Under the pieces are notes generated by a model, which saw nothing but the letters and a program-made list of their open reading frames with translations, was not told the DNA's origin and did no database searches. This document shows positions 1 through 11,386 of a DNA stretch of 64,000 nucleotides, in pieces. The translations under genes were made by a program, and so were the position numbers. The stretch is from positions 1,428 through 65,427 of the forward strand of contig JBJXGQ010000191.1 of assembly GCA_046160525.1 (NCBI GenBank), written 5' to 3'. The stretch is from Burkholderiales bacterium (GTDB lineage Bacteria > Pseudomonadota > Gammaproteobacteria > Burkholderiales > SHXO01). Each line of letters starts with the position of its first letter. Positions within the stretch are counted from its first letter, which is position 1.

Positions 1-497
1 TCGTGATACACGCCGTAGCGGCCGCGGCTCCATCCTTCTTCATTGCGACCGCGCGGGTTAGATGAGAACAACACGCCGCCGGGCTTGAGGGTTGCGTGCA
101 GATCCAGCAATACCCGGGGCAATTCAGCGCTGGGGACGTGAAACAACGATGCGTTGGCAAAGATTCCGTCGAAGCGCCCGGCGGGCAAATCGAGCTTGAG
201 AAAATCCTGCCGCCACACCTCGCACTGGCTGTAGGCACGGGCTTTCTCCGCGAAAGCCAACACCCCTTCCAAACCGGTGGCCGCGTGGCCAAGGGCGGTA
301 AAGGTCTTGAGATCGCGGCCGGGGCCGCAACCGAAATCCAGAATGACGAAAGGCGGGGGAGCGGTGATGTGAGCCAGAAGCGCACTGACGTTCTGGCTCA
401 CATCGTGATTCTTCGTGCCTTCCCAAAAATCGCTGGCGCGTTCCTCGTAACTCTGCAACGTGACTTCGGCGATTCGAGCAAGATCTTGCGATGTCAC
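1..497 (-). CDS. class I SAM-dependent methyltransferase (C-terminus runs off the window; absent from ORF track)
   Basis: Own reverse-strand translation from GTG at 497 is open to position 1, with an in-frame stop at 512-510 immediately upstream. Reads VTSQDLARIAEV...PPFVILDFGCGPGRDLKTF...LKPGGVLFSSNPRG. ILDFGCGPGRD is SAM-binding motif I. Confidence 0.75.
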   Translation of the reverse strand, partial: MTSQDLARIAEVTLQSYEERASDFWEGTKNHDVSQNVSALLAHITAPPPFVILDFGCGPGRDLKTFTALGHAATGLEGVLAFAEKARAYSQCEVWRQDFLKLDLPAGRFDGIFANASLFHVPSAELPRVLLDLHATLKPGGVLFSSNPRGRNEEGWSRGRYGVYH

Positions 498-509
498 GCT
501 AGAAGCGGG

Positions 510-812
510 CTACGAATGTTTGGCCATGGCACCGGGGAGCGTCATGTTTTGAATCAACATGGCATCGATCTGCGCCTCGGCGGCGAGCCAATCCTGCTCC
601 TGGTTACCTGGTGCGAAGCCACGCTGCTGCGCCAGGAAATAGGCGCGCACTTCGATCATCTTGCGTCGTTCCTCGGGGGCAATGGATCCCTGCCCGTCGA
701 GCTTCTTGCCGCTACGTTTCCGGGGGCTCGCTGCCTTGGCCGTCTGGACCGCCGGCTTGGTGCCTTTTGCGGGACCGGTAACTTTCTTTGCTTCGGACTG
801 TTCAGCTTTCAT
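510..812 (-). CDS. DUF2934 domain small basic protein
   Basis: 100 aa. Lys/Ala/Pro-rich N-terminus followed by IEVRAYFLAQQRGFAPGNQEQDWLAAEAQI, the DUF2934 signature (RAYxxxxxRG...DWxxAE). Confidence 0.7.
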   Translation of the reverse strand: MKAEQSEAKKVTGPAKGTKPAVQTAKAASPRKRSGKKLDGQGSIAPEERRKMIEVRAYFLAQQRGFAPGNQEQDWLAAEAQIDAMLIQNMTLPGAMAKHS

Positions 813-970
813 GTGAATCTCCCAATAGTGGACGTGGAACGATGCTCACAATGATTTCATTGCTATTGGGTGAGCGGGATCTCCTCCCCGCACGGCTATT
901 TTGTCACGATTTTCGCCAGGATACGGCAAGGCAATGCCGGTGGCATTGCGTGACTGGCAAGATTTTCTGG

Positions 971-1717
971 CTAGCTCCTGTGGATGGCGAAGGGGCTGAA
1001 GGCCTGGCAAGTCGCCATGACTGACATGGTGTTGATGTTCACTCTCGCGGGACGGGTGGCCACCCAGTAGACCATCTCCGCAATGTCTTCGGGCGTCATG
1101 GCATCGGCCCCCGCATAGACCGCCGCTGCCTTGGCCTTGTCGCCCTTGAAGCGCACTTCCGAGAATTCCGTGCCGCCGGTTAACCCCGGCTCCACGTCCG
1201 TTACGCGGACTCCTGTGCCAAGCAGATCGGCGCGCAGATTCAAGCTGAACTGGCGCACGAAGGCCTTCACGCCACCGTAAACATTACCGCCGGGATAAGG
1301 AAACTCGCCCGCGATGGAGCCGATGTTGATCACGTGCCCGCGCTTGCGCTCGACCATGCCGGGCAAGAAAGCCCGCGTGCAGTACATGACGCCCTTGATG
1401 TTGGTATCCACCATGCGGTCCCAGTCATCCAGATTCGCTCTGTGCGCGGGCTCCAGGCCGAGCGCACCGCCGGCGTTGTTGACCAGCACATCGATTTGCG
1501 CGAACTCCGCGGGTAAGGTGCCCACGACCCTGGACACGGCATCGCGGTCGGTGACGTCCAGTTTGACGGGGAGAATCTTGCCGCCGAATTCTTTCACCAA
1601 GGGTTCCAGTTTCTCCACCCGGCGCCCCGCGGCGGCAATCTTCCAGCCGTTGTTCGCGAAATACCGCGCCATTGCGTAACCGAATCCGGCGGTGGCGCCG
1701 GTGACAAATGCAATCAT
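971..1717 (-). CDS. SDR family NAD(P)-dependent oxidoreductase (YdfG-like 3-hydroxy acid dehydrogenase)
   Basis: 248 aa. TGATAGFG cofactor motif, NNAG, and catalytic YGGVKAF (YxxxK). Confidence 0.85.
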   Translation of the reverse strand: MIAFVTGATAGFGYAMARYFANNGWKIAAAGRRVEKLEPLVKEFGGKILPVKLDVTDRDAVSRVVGTLPAEFAQIDVLVNNAGGALGLEPAHRANLDDWDRMVDTNIKGVMYCTRAFLPGMVERKRGHVINIGSIAGEFPYPGGNVYGGVKAFVRQFSLNLRADLLGTGVRVTDVEPGLTGGTEFSEVRFKGDKAKAAAVYAGADAMTPEDIAEMVYWVATRPARVNINTMSVMATCQAFSPFAIHRS

Positions 1718-1798
1718 TGAAATCTCCTTTTTGGCGTGAATCCCGCGGTGAATTCAGTTTATTCTAGGATCCCTTGACCAACAACCATAGAATTTGCG

Positions 1799-2272
1799 AT
1801 GCGCCACCGGCTTTATTTGTTGTGTTGCCTGGCAGCGGTAACCTTGCTGCATAGCGGTTGCGGAGGCTTATTTAAGCGCGACCCCGGCCCGCAACTGATC
1901 GTGGATAAGACCGCTCAGACCTTGCATGGCAGAGAGTGGGAGTTGCGCGCAGTTACCATCGACGGCAACGACGTCGTGATGCACGTGGACTCCAAGATGA
2001 GCTTGCGCTTCGATGCCGACGGGCAAGCCCGGGGCAACGGCGGGGTAAACCAGTTCTCGGCCGGTTACGACTTTGGCGACGACGGCATACTAGCTTGGGA
2101 GGGATTCACATTGAAGAAACAAGCGGGCCCGCCCGAGTTCCAAGAGAAAGAAAAAATCTATCTGGGCGCACTACGAAGAACGACCCGGGCCATCGCTGGA
2201 AAAGTAATGCTCACACTGCAATCCGATGGTGGCGAGGTCATTCTCACCTTCTTGAAACCAGGGACGCTCTAG
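1799..2272 (+). CDS. META-domain (HslJ-like) lipoprotein
   Basis: 157 aa. Lipobox LLHSGC at the N-terminus. REWELRAVTIDGNDV... and AGYDFGDDGILAWEGFTLKKQAGP resemble a META domain. Confidence 0.6.
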   Translation: MRHRLYLLCCLAAVTLLHSGCGGLFKRDPGPQLIVDKTAQTLHGREWELRAVTIDGNDVVMHVDSKMSLRFDADGQARGNGGVNQFSAGYDFGDDGILAWEGFTLKKQAGPPEFQEKEKIYLGALRRTTRAIAGKVMLTLQSDGGEVILTFLKPGTL

Positions 2273-2287
2273 CGAAACGGACCTCGC

Positions 2288-3136
2288 CTAGGGCAGATCT
2301 CGTGCGATGCGCAGTCCCACCGTATAGTTGGCATAACCGGGGGTCTGCGGATGACGAAAAGCCGACCTCACCCAGGTGGGACCATGCATCCATGCGCCGC
2401 CGCGCGTGACACGGGCCTCGCAATCGTTGGCCACGGCCGCTGAACCGTCGGCGGGCGCGTCTTTGTAGGACGCCTCGCAATCCTCCACCCATTCCGCCAC
2501 GTTTCCCAGCATGTCGTAAAGGCCAAACGGGTTGGGTTTGAACGTTCCCGCCGGCGCGGTGTATGTGTAACCATCCTCACACGGGTGGGCGAGCCACGCA
2601 TAGTCAGGCCGGTTCGTTTTGCTCGACTGATCGTGCGTGTTGGCATAGAGGCAGCCTGCCGGTATCCCTATTCCTTCTTCGATACTGCCCCAATACCAGG
2701 CAGTCACAGTGCCTCCACGAGCCGCGTATTCCCACTCCGATTCGGAGAGCAAACGGTATCGCTTCCCAGTTTTCCTGGATAGCCACGACGCATAGGCCTT
2801 CGCCGCGGCGTGGTCGACGTTGATCACTGGCCGGTTGCCGCGACCCCAGCCTTCATCATCGGCTTGTCTGCAACCACCGCCAGAGACGCAGGCGTGCCAA
2901 TTATCAAACGTGACCTCGTACTTCCCAACAGCAAACGATTTGGCGATTTTTACCAAGTGCGCCGGTTTCTCGTCCGGGAGCGAACTTTCATTGCTGTTCG
3001 AGCCCATCATGAATTGGCCCGCGGGCACGACAACCAACTCGGGACACACGCCGCAGTCCTTGATTTCATCAAAGGCATGGCTGGGAGCGGCGCTGAGCAT
3101 GACCGCGGACAAAACCATTGCACATCGCATCGTCAC
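2288..3136 (-). CDS. formylglycine-generating enzyme (SUMF1/FGE-sulfatase) family protein, secreted
   Basis: 282 aa. Signal peptide MVLSAVMLSAAPSHA. Family motifs RLLSESEWEYAARGG, FGLYDMLGNVAEWVEDC and RVTRGGAWMHGP. Confidence 0.85.
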   Translation of the reverse strand: MTMRCAMVLSAVMLSAAPSHAFDEIKDCGVCPELVVVPAGQFMMGSNSNESSLPDEKPAHLVKIAKSFAVGKYEVTFDNWHACVSGGGCRQADDEGWGRGNRPVINVDHAAAKAYASWLSRKTGKRYRLLSESEWEYAARGGTVTAWYWGSIEEGIGIPAGCLYANTHDQSSKTNRPDYAWLAHPCEDGYTYTAPAGTFKPNPFGLYDMLGNVAEWVEDCEASYKDAPADGSAAVANDCEARVTRGGAWMHGPTWVRSAFRHPQTPGYANYTVGLRIARDLP

Positions 3137-3241
3137 TGATGAGTCCTTATTATTCTGATTAATTTTGACCGGGATGGGGACACAAGGCCGGTCATTACAC
3201 GCTTATGATTCGTCAGTGACGTTCTACAACCGCCAGATGAT

Positions 3242-3318
3242 TGGTGGGCCCGCTGGGACTCGAACCCAGGACCAAAGGATTATGAGTCCTCTGCTCTAAC
3301 CAACTGAGCTACAGGCCC
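3242..3318 (-). tRNA. tRNA with CAT anticodon (Met by anticodon; acceptor stem looks like tRNA-Ile2/lysidine type)
   Basis: The reverse complement GGGCCTGTAGCTCAGTTGGTTAGAGCAGAGGACTCATAATCCTTTGGTCCTGGGTTCGAGTCCCAGCGGGCCCACCA folds as a cloverleaf. It has a 7-bp acceptor stem, GCTC/GAGC D stem, CTCATAA anticodon loop, CTGGG/CCCAG T stem and an encoded CCA. Confidence 0.95.
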
Positions 3319-3343
3319 TACCGGGAGGTAGCTCGAACTTGAG

Positions 3344-4294
3344 CTACCTTTGCTCCAACACAAGCTTACCGCGTTCTTCCGTGGGAATCACTTCCCCCGC
3401 CACCAAGTTATCCATCGTGAGCGGCTCGGCGTTTTGAGAAAGAAGTTCGCGCACGAAGTTGGGATAGGCGAACACGGCGCGGTGGGTATCGCCGTTGTAA
3501 TACTGAAGGCTATGCAAACCGCGTTCGGCGATGCGTGCATCGGCTTGCTGCGCGCTCAAGGCAAGAGGGTCGGCGCTATCGGACGCGCAGGCCATGCCCC
3601 ATAGGCTGCCATAGGTGGGCACGTACACGAGGTATGGGCGCACGATCTTGAACACGCACTGCAAGGTCTTCACGATGCGGTTGAAGGTGTTCGGATGGGC
3701 GATAGGCGATTCAAGGTGCAGGGAGAGCACGCCTTGCCCGCCCAGTACACGGCGGCACGCGCTGTAGAACTCCGTGGTGTAGAGCGCGAGCGATGGGCCA
3801 GAGGCATCGGTGAGATCGATGACGATTTGGTCAAAGCGGTCGTGGGTGGTTTCGATGTAGGCTTTGCCATCCATGATGCGCACATCTAGCCGTGGGTCAT
3901 CGAAGGCCCCGTTGTGGATCTTGCCGAGGTATTTCTTGGATGCCTCGACGACTCCCGGATCCAGCTCCGCGACGACCACGCGTTCCATGGTGCGGTGCTT
4001 GAGCAACTCTTCCGCGGCACCGCCATCGCCACCGCCAATGACCAATGCGCGCCGCGGCTCCGGGTGGGAGATGGCAGGCACATGGCACAGGTTCTCGTGA
4101 TAGAAAAATTCGTCGCGCTCGGAGGTCTGGAAAACATTGTCCAGGCGCAGCACACGGCCGAACATTGGGGTGTCGAACACCTCGATGCTCTGAAATTGCG
4201 TGTGGCCCGACAGCAACGGCTCCCCGGCGCGCAGGAAAAACCCGTAGTTCGGGTTTACCTGCTCGGCCAGGAAGGCGGACGACGCCCTAGGCAC
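3344..4294 (-). CDS. speE: polyamine aminopropyltransferase (spermidine synthase)
   Basis: 316 aa. ALVIGGGDGGAAEELLKH SAM/dcSAM-binding motif and IVIDLTD. Adjacent to AdoMet decarboxylase. Confidence 0.9.
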   Translation of the reverse strand: MPRASSAFLAEQVNPNYGFFLRAGEPLLSGHTQFQSIEVFDTPMFGRVLRLDNVFQTSERDEFFYHENLCHVPAISHPEPRRALVIGGGDGGAAEELLKHRTMERVVVAELDPGVVEASKKYLGKIHNGAFDDPRLDVRIMDGKAYIETTHDRFDQIVIDLTDASGPSLALYTTEFYSACRRVLGGQGVLSLHLESPIAHPNTFNRIVKTLQCVFKIVRPYLVYVPTYGSLWGMACASDSADPLALSAQQADARIAERGLHSLQYYNGDTHRAVFAYPNFVRELLSQNAEPLTMDNLVAGEVIPTEERGKLVLEQR

Positions 4295-4308
4295 TTCAGA
4301 AATCTCGC

Positions 4309-4710
4309 TCAGGCGCGATCCACCGATACGAGGCGTGGGTCGGCCGGCCTGAAGGTTTCTATGAGAGCGTCAAACAGTTTTTTGGCTTTCTCGCGGTTGT
4401 TGCAACTGTAGTTGCACACATAGACGTCGATCGTGACATAGCCACGCTCCGGCCACGTGTGAATGGACAGGTGCGATTCCGCGAGCACCACCACGCCGGT
4501 AACGCCGCCTTCGCCGGGGAACTGGTGAAAAAGTTCGCCGGCAACGGTGAGCCCCGATGCGCGTACAAGCGATACACAATGATCCCGGAGCACGTTGGCG
4601 TCGAGCATGAAATGCTTCTCGCTGGCGCACTCGTAAAGATCGCCGATAAGATGAAGGCCTGCTGCAGACTTCTCAACAACTGAGGTCGCTGCTTGAAGGC
4701 TAAGCGTCAT
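4309..4710 (-). CDS. speD: S-adenosylmethionine decarboxylase proenzyme (small pyruvoyl type)
   Basis: LAESHLSIHTWPE self-cleavage motif. I prefer the ATG at 4710 (AGGTGG SD at 4717-4722) over the track's TTG at 4737, which has no SD. Confidence 0.85.
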   Translation of the reverse strand: MTLSLQAATSVVEKSAAGLHLIGDLYECASEKHFMLDANVLRDHCVSLVRASGLTVAGELFHQFPGEGGVTGVVVLAESHLSIHTWPERGYVTIDVYVCNYSCNNREKAKKLFDALIETFRPADPRLVSVDRA

Positions 4711-4950
4711 CGTTACCCACCTTGTTAAGTTAAACAAGTAACGAAAAACGCCGGGCCCAGGAGTCCCGGTCTATCCCCAGGTGCGATGCATACGCCTAAC
4801 CAAACTACCGTGTACGCCGCACCCCAAACAGCCGCTGCCCCGGTCCAGGGCAAACGGACGCTCGCTCAGCTTCGGGAAAAAAAGACAACCCTCGGCCTCG
4901 CGAATTCGCGCCCCAGTCAGAGAGTGCTACCCTCGTCAGGGACCGTGCGC

Positions 4951-4991
4951 AAAAACAAACCCCGCGAGCGGCGCCTAGACCACGCGCGGGG
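4951..4991 (-). terminator. rho-independent terminator downstream of rpoD
   Basis: Minus strand reads CCCCGCG-N18-CGCGGGG followed by TTTGTTTTT. The stem arms are 4985-4991 and 4960-4966. Confidence 0.7.
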
Positions 4992-5074
4992 GGCGAATTG
5001 TGCATCAATCGAACCGGCATGTGAAGCGTTTTTTGGGTCTCGCTTTCACGCTGGAAATGCCGGTCAATTACCTC

Positions 5075-7000
<1,926 letters not shown>

Positions 7001-7136
7001 GTTCTAAGGTCCTCTTTTTCTAGGTCCCGCTCCTAGATACTGCGTACATTGCCCAAGACTGCGCCCGACTTACCGTGAAAACCCTCCATTCTAACAACGT
7101 GACCCCGCTCAAGGGAAAAGGTTCTTGAGATAAAGA

Positions 7137-8945
7137 TCAAATAACAGGATGTTGAAGCTGCCGAAATTGCTCTTTTTCCTCTTGGGTCCACCCGCGTTCC
7201 TTCAGGGCTTCCATGAGTCCCCTCTGGCGCGCCTTCCTGACTTGGTCCTGCATGGCCCGCCAAGCCCCCTCCAAATCTTGTTTGAGCTGCGTCTCATCAA
7301 GGCCTAATCCTTCCCACTCCATGGTGGCCCTTTCCACGTCTTGTGCCATGGATTCCAGAGCGGTGCCGCGAAATACTTCGGCAAGGTTGCATTTCTCGCC
7401 GCCCGCGCGCAAGGCGGGCAGCAAGGCATGCAGAAAATCCAACTCAAGGCGGGAAACCTGCATCAGTTCAAGACCCTGGGTATTCAAGCGGTCCAAGTTC
7501 GGAACGGACTCCGCCAATTGGGGCCGCAAGGCCAGGATCTCAAGGAAAGTTCTAAAGGCCGAGCGTAATCTCGGGGAATTCGGCACCCGCGCTCGAACTT
7601 CGGCAGAGGGCCGGATTTGCAGCACCTTCAATACTTCGCTCTCCGCCAGCCCCGAGACCTCGGCCACGCGCTTGCGCATCATCAATCCAAGCATTGGGGC
7701 ACTGATTTGCCCCAACAAGGGCTTCACGTCCTCCAGGAACTTGGCCTTGCCCTCCGCCGTGGACATCTCCACACGGCCCGTCAGCTCGCGGATTAGGAAT
7801 GCCGACAAGGGAAGGGACTCGGAAGTGAGTAGCTTGACGAACCCCTCCGCCCCGAAGCGCCGAACGTAAGTGTCTGGATCCTCGCCATCCGGGAGGAAGA
7901 GGAATCTGATCTGCTTGCCGTCCTTGATCTGCCCAATGGAGTTTTCCAGCGCCCTCCACGCGGCGCGGCGTCCGGCATTGTCGCCATCGAAGCAGAAGAC
8001 AATCTCATCGGTTTGGCGCAGTAGCTTCTGGACATGGGCAGGGGTGGTGGCCGTGCCTAGGGTAGCCACCACGTACTGCACGCCAAATTGCGCCAGCGCC
8101 ACCACATCCATATAGCCTTCGACCACCACCACGCGGCCCGCGGCACGAATGGCCTGCCGTGCCTGAAAGAGCCCATAAACCTCGCGGCCCTTCTCGAACA
8201 GGGGTGTCTCGGGCGAGTTGAGGTACTTGGGTTCGCCGCCATCGAGTACCCTGCCCCCAAACCCGATCACCCGGCCTTGCACATCGTTGATGGGAAACAT
8301 AATGCGGTCGCGGAAGCGGTCGTAGCGCTTTCCTGCTTCGTTATCGATGACAAGGCCCGCTTCGGACAGATCGTGGGCATCATAGTGATCGAAGGCCGCC
8401 GCCAAGTTTTGCCAGCCCTCTGGCGCATAGCCCACTCCATAGCGCGCGGCAATCTCCCCCGAGAGCCCCCGGCTTTTCAGATATTCGATGGCCCTGGGTG
8501 AGCGCTTCAATTCTTTTTTGTAGAACCGCTGGGCGTGCTCCATGACCGGTAGCAACCCCTCCACCTTGCTGCGCGAGGAGGGCACATCGGGCGTGAAGGA
8601 AGCTTCAGGGACCACCATGCCCACGCGGCCCGCTAAGTCCTTGACGGCATCCACGAACCCCATGCCGAGATGTTCCATGAGGAAGCCCACGGCCGAGCCA
8701 TGGGCCCCGCAACCAAAGCAATGATAGAACTGCTTGGTCGCGCTGACGGTGAAGGATGGGGTTTTTTCGCTGTGGAAGGGGCAGCACGCGACCAGGTTAG
8801 CTCCCGCGCGCTTGAGCGGCACGAGCGGGTCGATCACATCCACGATGTCGGCCCGGGCCAGTAAATCTTGCACGAAAGATTGAGGAATCATTGCCCTATG
8901 CAAAGGATCGAACACGCCATCCGACGCCGGTGCCGAGCCTGGCAC
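7137..8945 (-). CDS. dnaG: DNA primase
   Basis: 602 aa. Zinc ribbon CPFHSEKTPSFTVSATKQFYHCFGCGAHG and TOPRIM EGYMDVVAL. Sits in the rpsU-dnaG-rpoD operon context. Confidence 0.97.
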   Translation of the reverse strand: MPGSAPASDGVFDPLHRAMIPQSFVQDLLARADIVDVIDPLVPLKRAGANLVACCPFHSEKTPSFTVSATKQFYHCFGCGAHGSAVGFLMEHLGMGFVDAVKDLAGRVGMVVPEASFTPDVPSSRSKVEGLLPVMEHAQRFYKKELKRSPRAIEYLKSRGLSGEIAARYGVGYAPEGWQNLAAAFDHYDAHDLSEAGLVIDNEAGKRYDRFRDRIMFPINDVQGRVIGFGGRVLDGGEPKYLNSPETPLFEKGREVYGLFQARQAIRAAGRVVVVEGYMDVVALAQFGVQYVVATLGTATTPAHVQKLLRQTDEIVFCFDGDNAGRRAAWRALENSIGQIKDGKQIRFLFLPDGEDPDTYVRRFGAEGFVKLLTSESLPLSAFLIRELTGRVEMSTAEGKAKFLEDVKPLLGQISAPMLGLMMRKRVAEVSGLAESEVLKVLQIRPSAEVRARVPNSPRLRSAFRTFLEILALRPQLAESVPNLDRLNTQGLELMQVSRLELDFLHALLPALRAGGEKCNLAEVFRGTALESMAQDVERATMEWEGLGLDETQLKQDLEGAWRAMQDQVRKARQRGLMEALKERGWTQEEKEQFRQLQHPVI

Positions 8946-8993
8946 CGCCCCTTCAGCAAAGAGCGCAGATTATCGTAAAAACCGGGGAGCCAG

Positions 8994-9440
8994 CTAACCG
9001 GCGAGCTTCTGTTTGACCAACCCCGAGACCTTGCCGGTGTCCGCCCTGCCAGCGAGTTTTGGCTTGAGGATCGCCATGACCTTTCCCATGTCTTGCGGGC
9101 CCTTGGCCCCCGAGGCGGCGATGGCCTCGCTCACGAGGGCCGCGATTTGCGCCTCGGACAGTGGCTGCGGCATATAGCCCGTGAGGATCTGGGCTTCGAA
9201 TTTTTCGTTGTCCGCGAGATCTTGCCGTCCCGCTGCCTCGAACTGGCTGATGGAATCGCGCCGCTGCTTGAGCAGCTTGTCGATAATAGCCAGGACTTGT
9301 TCGTCGCTCAGGACGATACGCTCATCAACCTCTTTTTGTTTGAGCGCCGATAGCAAGAGGCGAATGGCCGACAGGCGCTGCGCATCCTTCGCGCGCATCG
9401 CGGTCTTCATATCCTCGGTGATGCGCTCCTTGAGACTCAC
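8994..9440 (-). CDS. GatB/YqeY domain-containing protein
   Basis: 148 aa. MSLKERITEDMKTAMRAKD...LSALKQKEVDERI is typical of YqeY. Lies between rpsU and dnaG. Confidence 0.85.
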   Translation of the reverse strand: MSLKERITEDMKTAMRAKDAQRLSAIRLLLSALKQKEVDERIVLSDEQVLAIIDKLLKQRRDSISQFEAAGRQDLADNEKFEAQILTGYMPQPLSEAQIAALVSEAIAASGAKGPQDMGKVMAILKPKLAGRADTGKVSGLVKQKLAG

Positions 9441-9457
9441 AGCCGAACCTTGAAAAC

Positions 9458-9670
9458 CTAGAACATGCGAGGAGGAAGCGTCTGGCCGCGGATGCGCTTA
9501 TAGTGGCGCTTGACCGCCGCCGCCAGTTTGCGTTTGCGCTCCGAGGTAGGCTTTTCGTAGAATTCGCGCGCCCTCAGTTCGGTCAGCAGACCGGTTTTCT
9601 CGATAGTGCGCTTGAAACGGCGCATCGCAACTTCAAAGGGCTCGTTCTCTTTTACGCGTACAGTAGTCAT
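9458..9670 (-). CDS. rpsU: 30S ribosomal protein S21
   Basis: 70 aa. [45 protein letters not shown]. Confidence 0.97.
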   Translation of the reverse strand: MTTVRVKENEPFEVAMRRFKRTIEKTGLLTELRAREFYEKPTSERKRKLAAAVKRHYKRIRGQTLPPRMF

Positions 9671-9774
9671 CTACGTTGAACCTTTTCGCCTGGGCCGGAA
9701 ATTGGAAAGCGGCGGAGTATATCAGAACTCTTTTCAGACGCGGCTTCTAGAAAATCCTTTCATAGCTATTACTC

Positions 9775-10785
9775 TTGCTCGTTCTCGGCATCGAAACTTC
9801 CTGCGACGAAACCGGTGTCGCCCTCTACGACAGTGCGCGCGGGTTGCTGGCGCACGCCTTGCACTCGCAGGTGGCCATGCACCAGGAGTACGGGGGCGTG
9901 GTGCCAGAACTCGCTTCGCGGGATCACATACGGCGGCTGCCATCTCTGCTCAACAAGATTCTGCTGGATAGCGGCCAGTCGCTGCGCGCTTTGGACGCCG
10001 TCGCCTATACGGCCGGGCCGGGCTTGGCCGGTGCGCTGTTGGTGGGGGCCAGCGCGGCAAAAGGGCTAGCGTACTCCCTGGGAATTCCGGCCGTGGCCGT
10101 GCATCACCTGGAAGGCCACCTGCTCGCGCCATTCTTGTCAGGCAGCCCGCCACCGTTACCTTTCGTGGCGCTGCTCGTCTCCGGAGGACACACGCAATTG
10201 ATGCGCGTCGCAGCCTTGGGGAATTACGAACTCCTTGGCGAAACCCTGGACGACGCCGCGGGGGAAGCTTTTGACAAGACGGCGCAACTACTAGGGCTGG
10301 GCTATCCTGGCGGCCCGGCACTCGCAAAGCTTGCTTGTACTGGAGACGCCTCGCGCTACCGCCTTCCCCGGCCTATGCTGCACAGTGACGATCTGAATTT
10401 CAGTTTCAGCGGGCTCAAGACCGCCGTGCTCACCACTATGCGCCGGGAAAAACCGGATTCTCAAGGCTGTGCCGACTTGGCGGCTTGCTTTCAGGACGCC
10501 GTGGCGCAAGTGCTTGCCGCAAAGACCACGGCGGCCATGGGGCGTACGGGAATCGAAACGCTCGTTGTGGCCGGCGGGGTGGGGGCCAACCTGCATTTAC
10601 GCGCGGTGCTGAACGAATCGGCACGCAAGTACGGCTTCAAGATCCACTATCCGGCCCTGGAATTTTGTACCGACAACGGCGCCATGATCGCCCTGGCGGG
10701 CGCCCTCAGATTGGAGGGGGCCAATGCATCGCTCTCCTTTGGCGTGCGCCCGCGATGGGACTTAGCGGAACTGCCCCACGTTTAG
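9775..10785 (+). CDS. tsaD: tRNA N6-adenosine threonylcarbamoyltransferase
   Basis: 336 aa. [28 protein letters not shown] and VSGGHTQL (Kae1/Gcp family). Confidence 0.95.
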   Translation: MLVLGIETSCDETGVALYDSARGLLAHALHSQVAMHQEYGGVVPELASRDHIRRLPSLLNKILLDSGQSLRALDAVAYTAGPGLAGALLVGASAAKGLAYSLGIPAVAVHHLEGHLLAPFLSGSPPPLPFVALLVSGGHTQLMRVAALGNYELLGETLDDAAGEAFDKTAQLLGLGYPGGPALAKLACTGDASRYRLPRPMLHSDDLNFSFSGLKTAVLTTMRREKPDSQGCADLAACFQDAVAQVLAAKTTAAMGRTGIETLVVAGGVGANLHLRAVLNESARKYGFKIHYPALEFCTDNGAMIALAGALRLEGANASLSFGVRPRWDLAELPHV

Positions 10786-11384
10786 GCTTTTTTCGCGAAG
10801 ACCTTGCTTTCCGTTCCCGCGCGCAACCGGCGCAGGTTAGCGCCGTGGCGCCAAAGAATGAGTAATCCCATCACCGATACGGCCATCGCCATAACGGCGC
10901 TGGCGTTCAAGTAGAGCGCGACGGGTGCGGCGGCCACGGCGGCCACCACGCTAGCCAGGGATACATAGCGTGTGGCGCCCACGACCGCCAGCCAGATCAC
11001 CAACACGGCAACACCGAGCATCCAGTGAAAGGCCAGCAAGATCCCCAAGGCCGTGGCTACACCCTTGCCACCCTTGAAACGAAAGAACACGGGATATAGA
11101 TGCCCAAGAAAGGCCGCCAGTCCAGTCAAGGCGATACCGATGGCGAGTTGTGAACTCCCGGCCAGTAGCACATGCGTAATCCCGATGGCGGCGGCACCTT
11201 TCGCTGCATCGCCCACAAGGGTAATCAAAGCCGCCAGCTTCTTCCCGCTGCGCAGTACGTTGGTGGCGCCGGGATTACCAGAGCCGTAGGTTCTGGGGTC
11301 GGGCAAACCGAAGAGCTTCGCCGTCATGACCGCGAAGGACAAGGAACCCACCAGATACCCCAGAATGATCGCGGCAAATGTCAT
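10782..11384 (-). CDS. plsY: glycerol-3-phosphate 1-O-acyltransferase PlsY
   Basis: Conserved part begins [17 protein letters not shown]...[19 protein letters not shown] at 11384 chosen; the track ORF extends to 11612, but that extension overlaps xerD and is Arg/Ala-rich junk. Confidence 0.9.
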   Translation of the reverse strand: MTFAAIILGYLVGSLSFAVMTAKLFGLPDPRTYGSGNPGATNVLRSGKKLAALITLVGDAAKGAAAIGITHVLLAGSSQLAIGIALTGLAAFLGHLYPVFFRFKGGKGVATALGILLAFHWMLGVAVLVIWLAVVGATRYVSLASVVAAVAAAPVALYLNASAVMAMAVSVMGLLILWRHGANLRRLRAGTESKVFAKKA

Positions 11385-11386
11385 GG

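Noticed and set aside
3327-3348. Perfect 8-bp hairpin GGTAGCTC-N6-GAGCTACC spanning the speE stop codon, just upstream of the tRNA
   Set aside because: It has no U-tract and no recognisable motif. It is plausibly a processing or stability structure between speE and the tRNA, but I cannot support a specific function.
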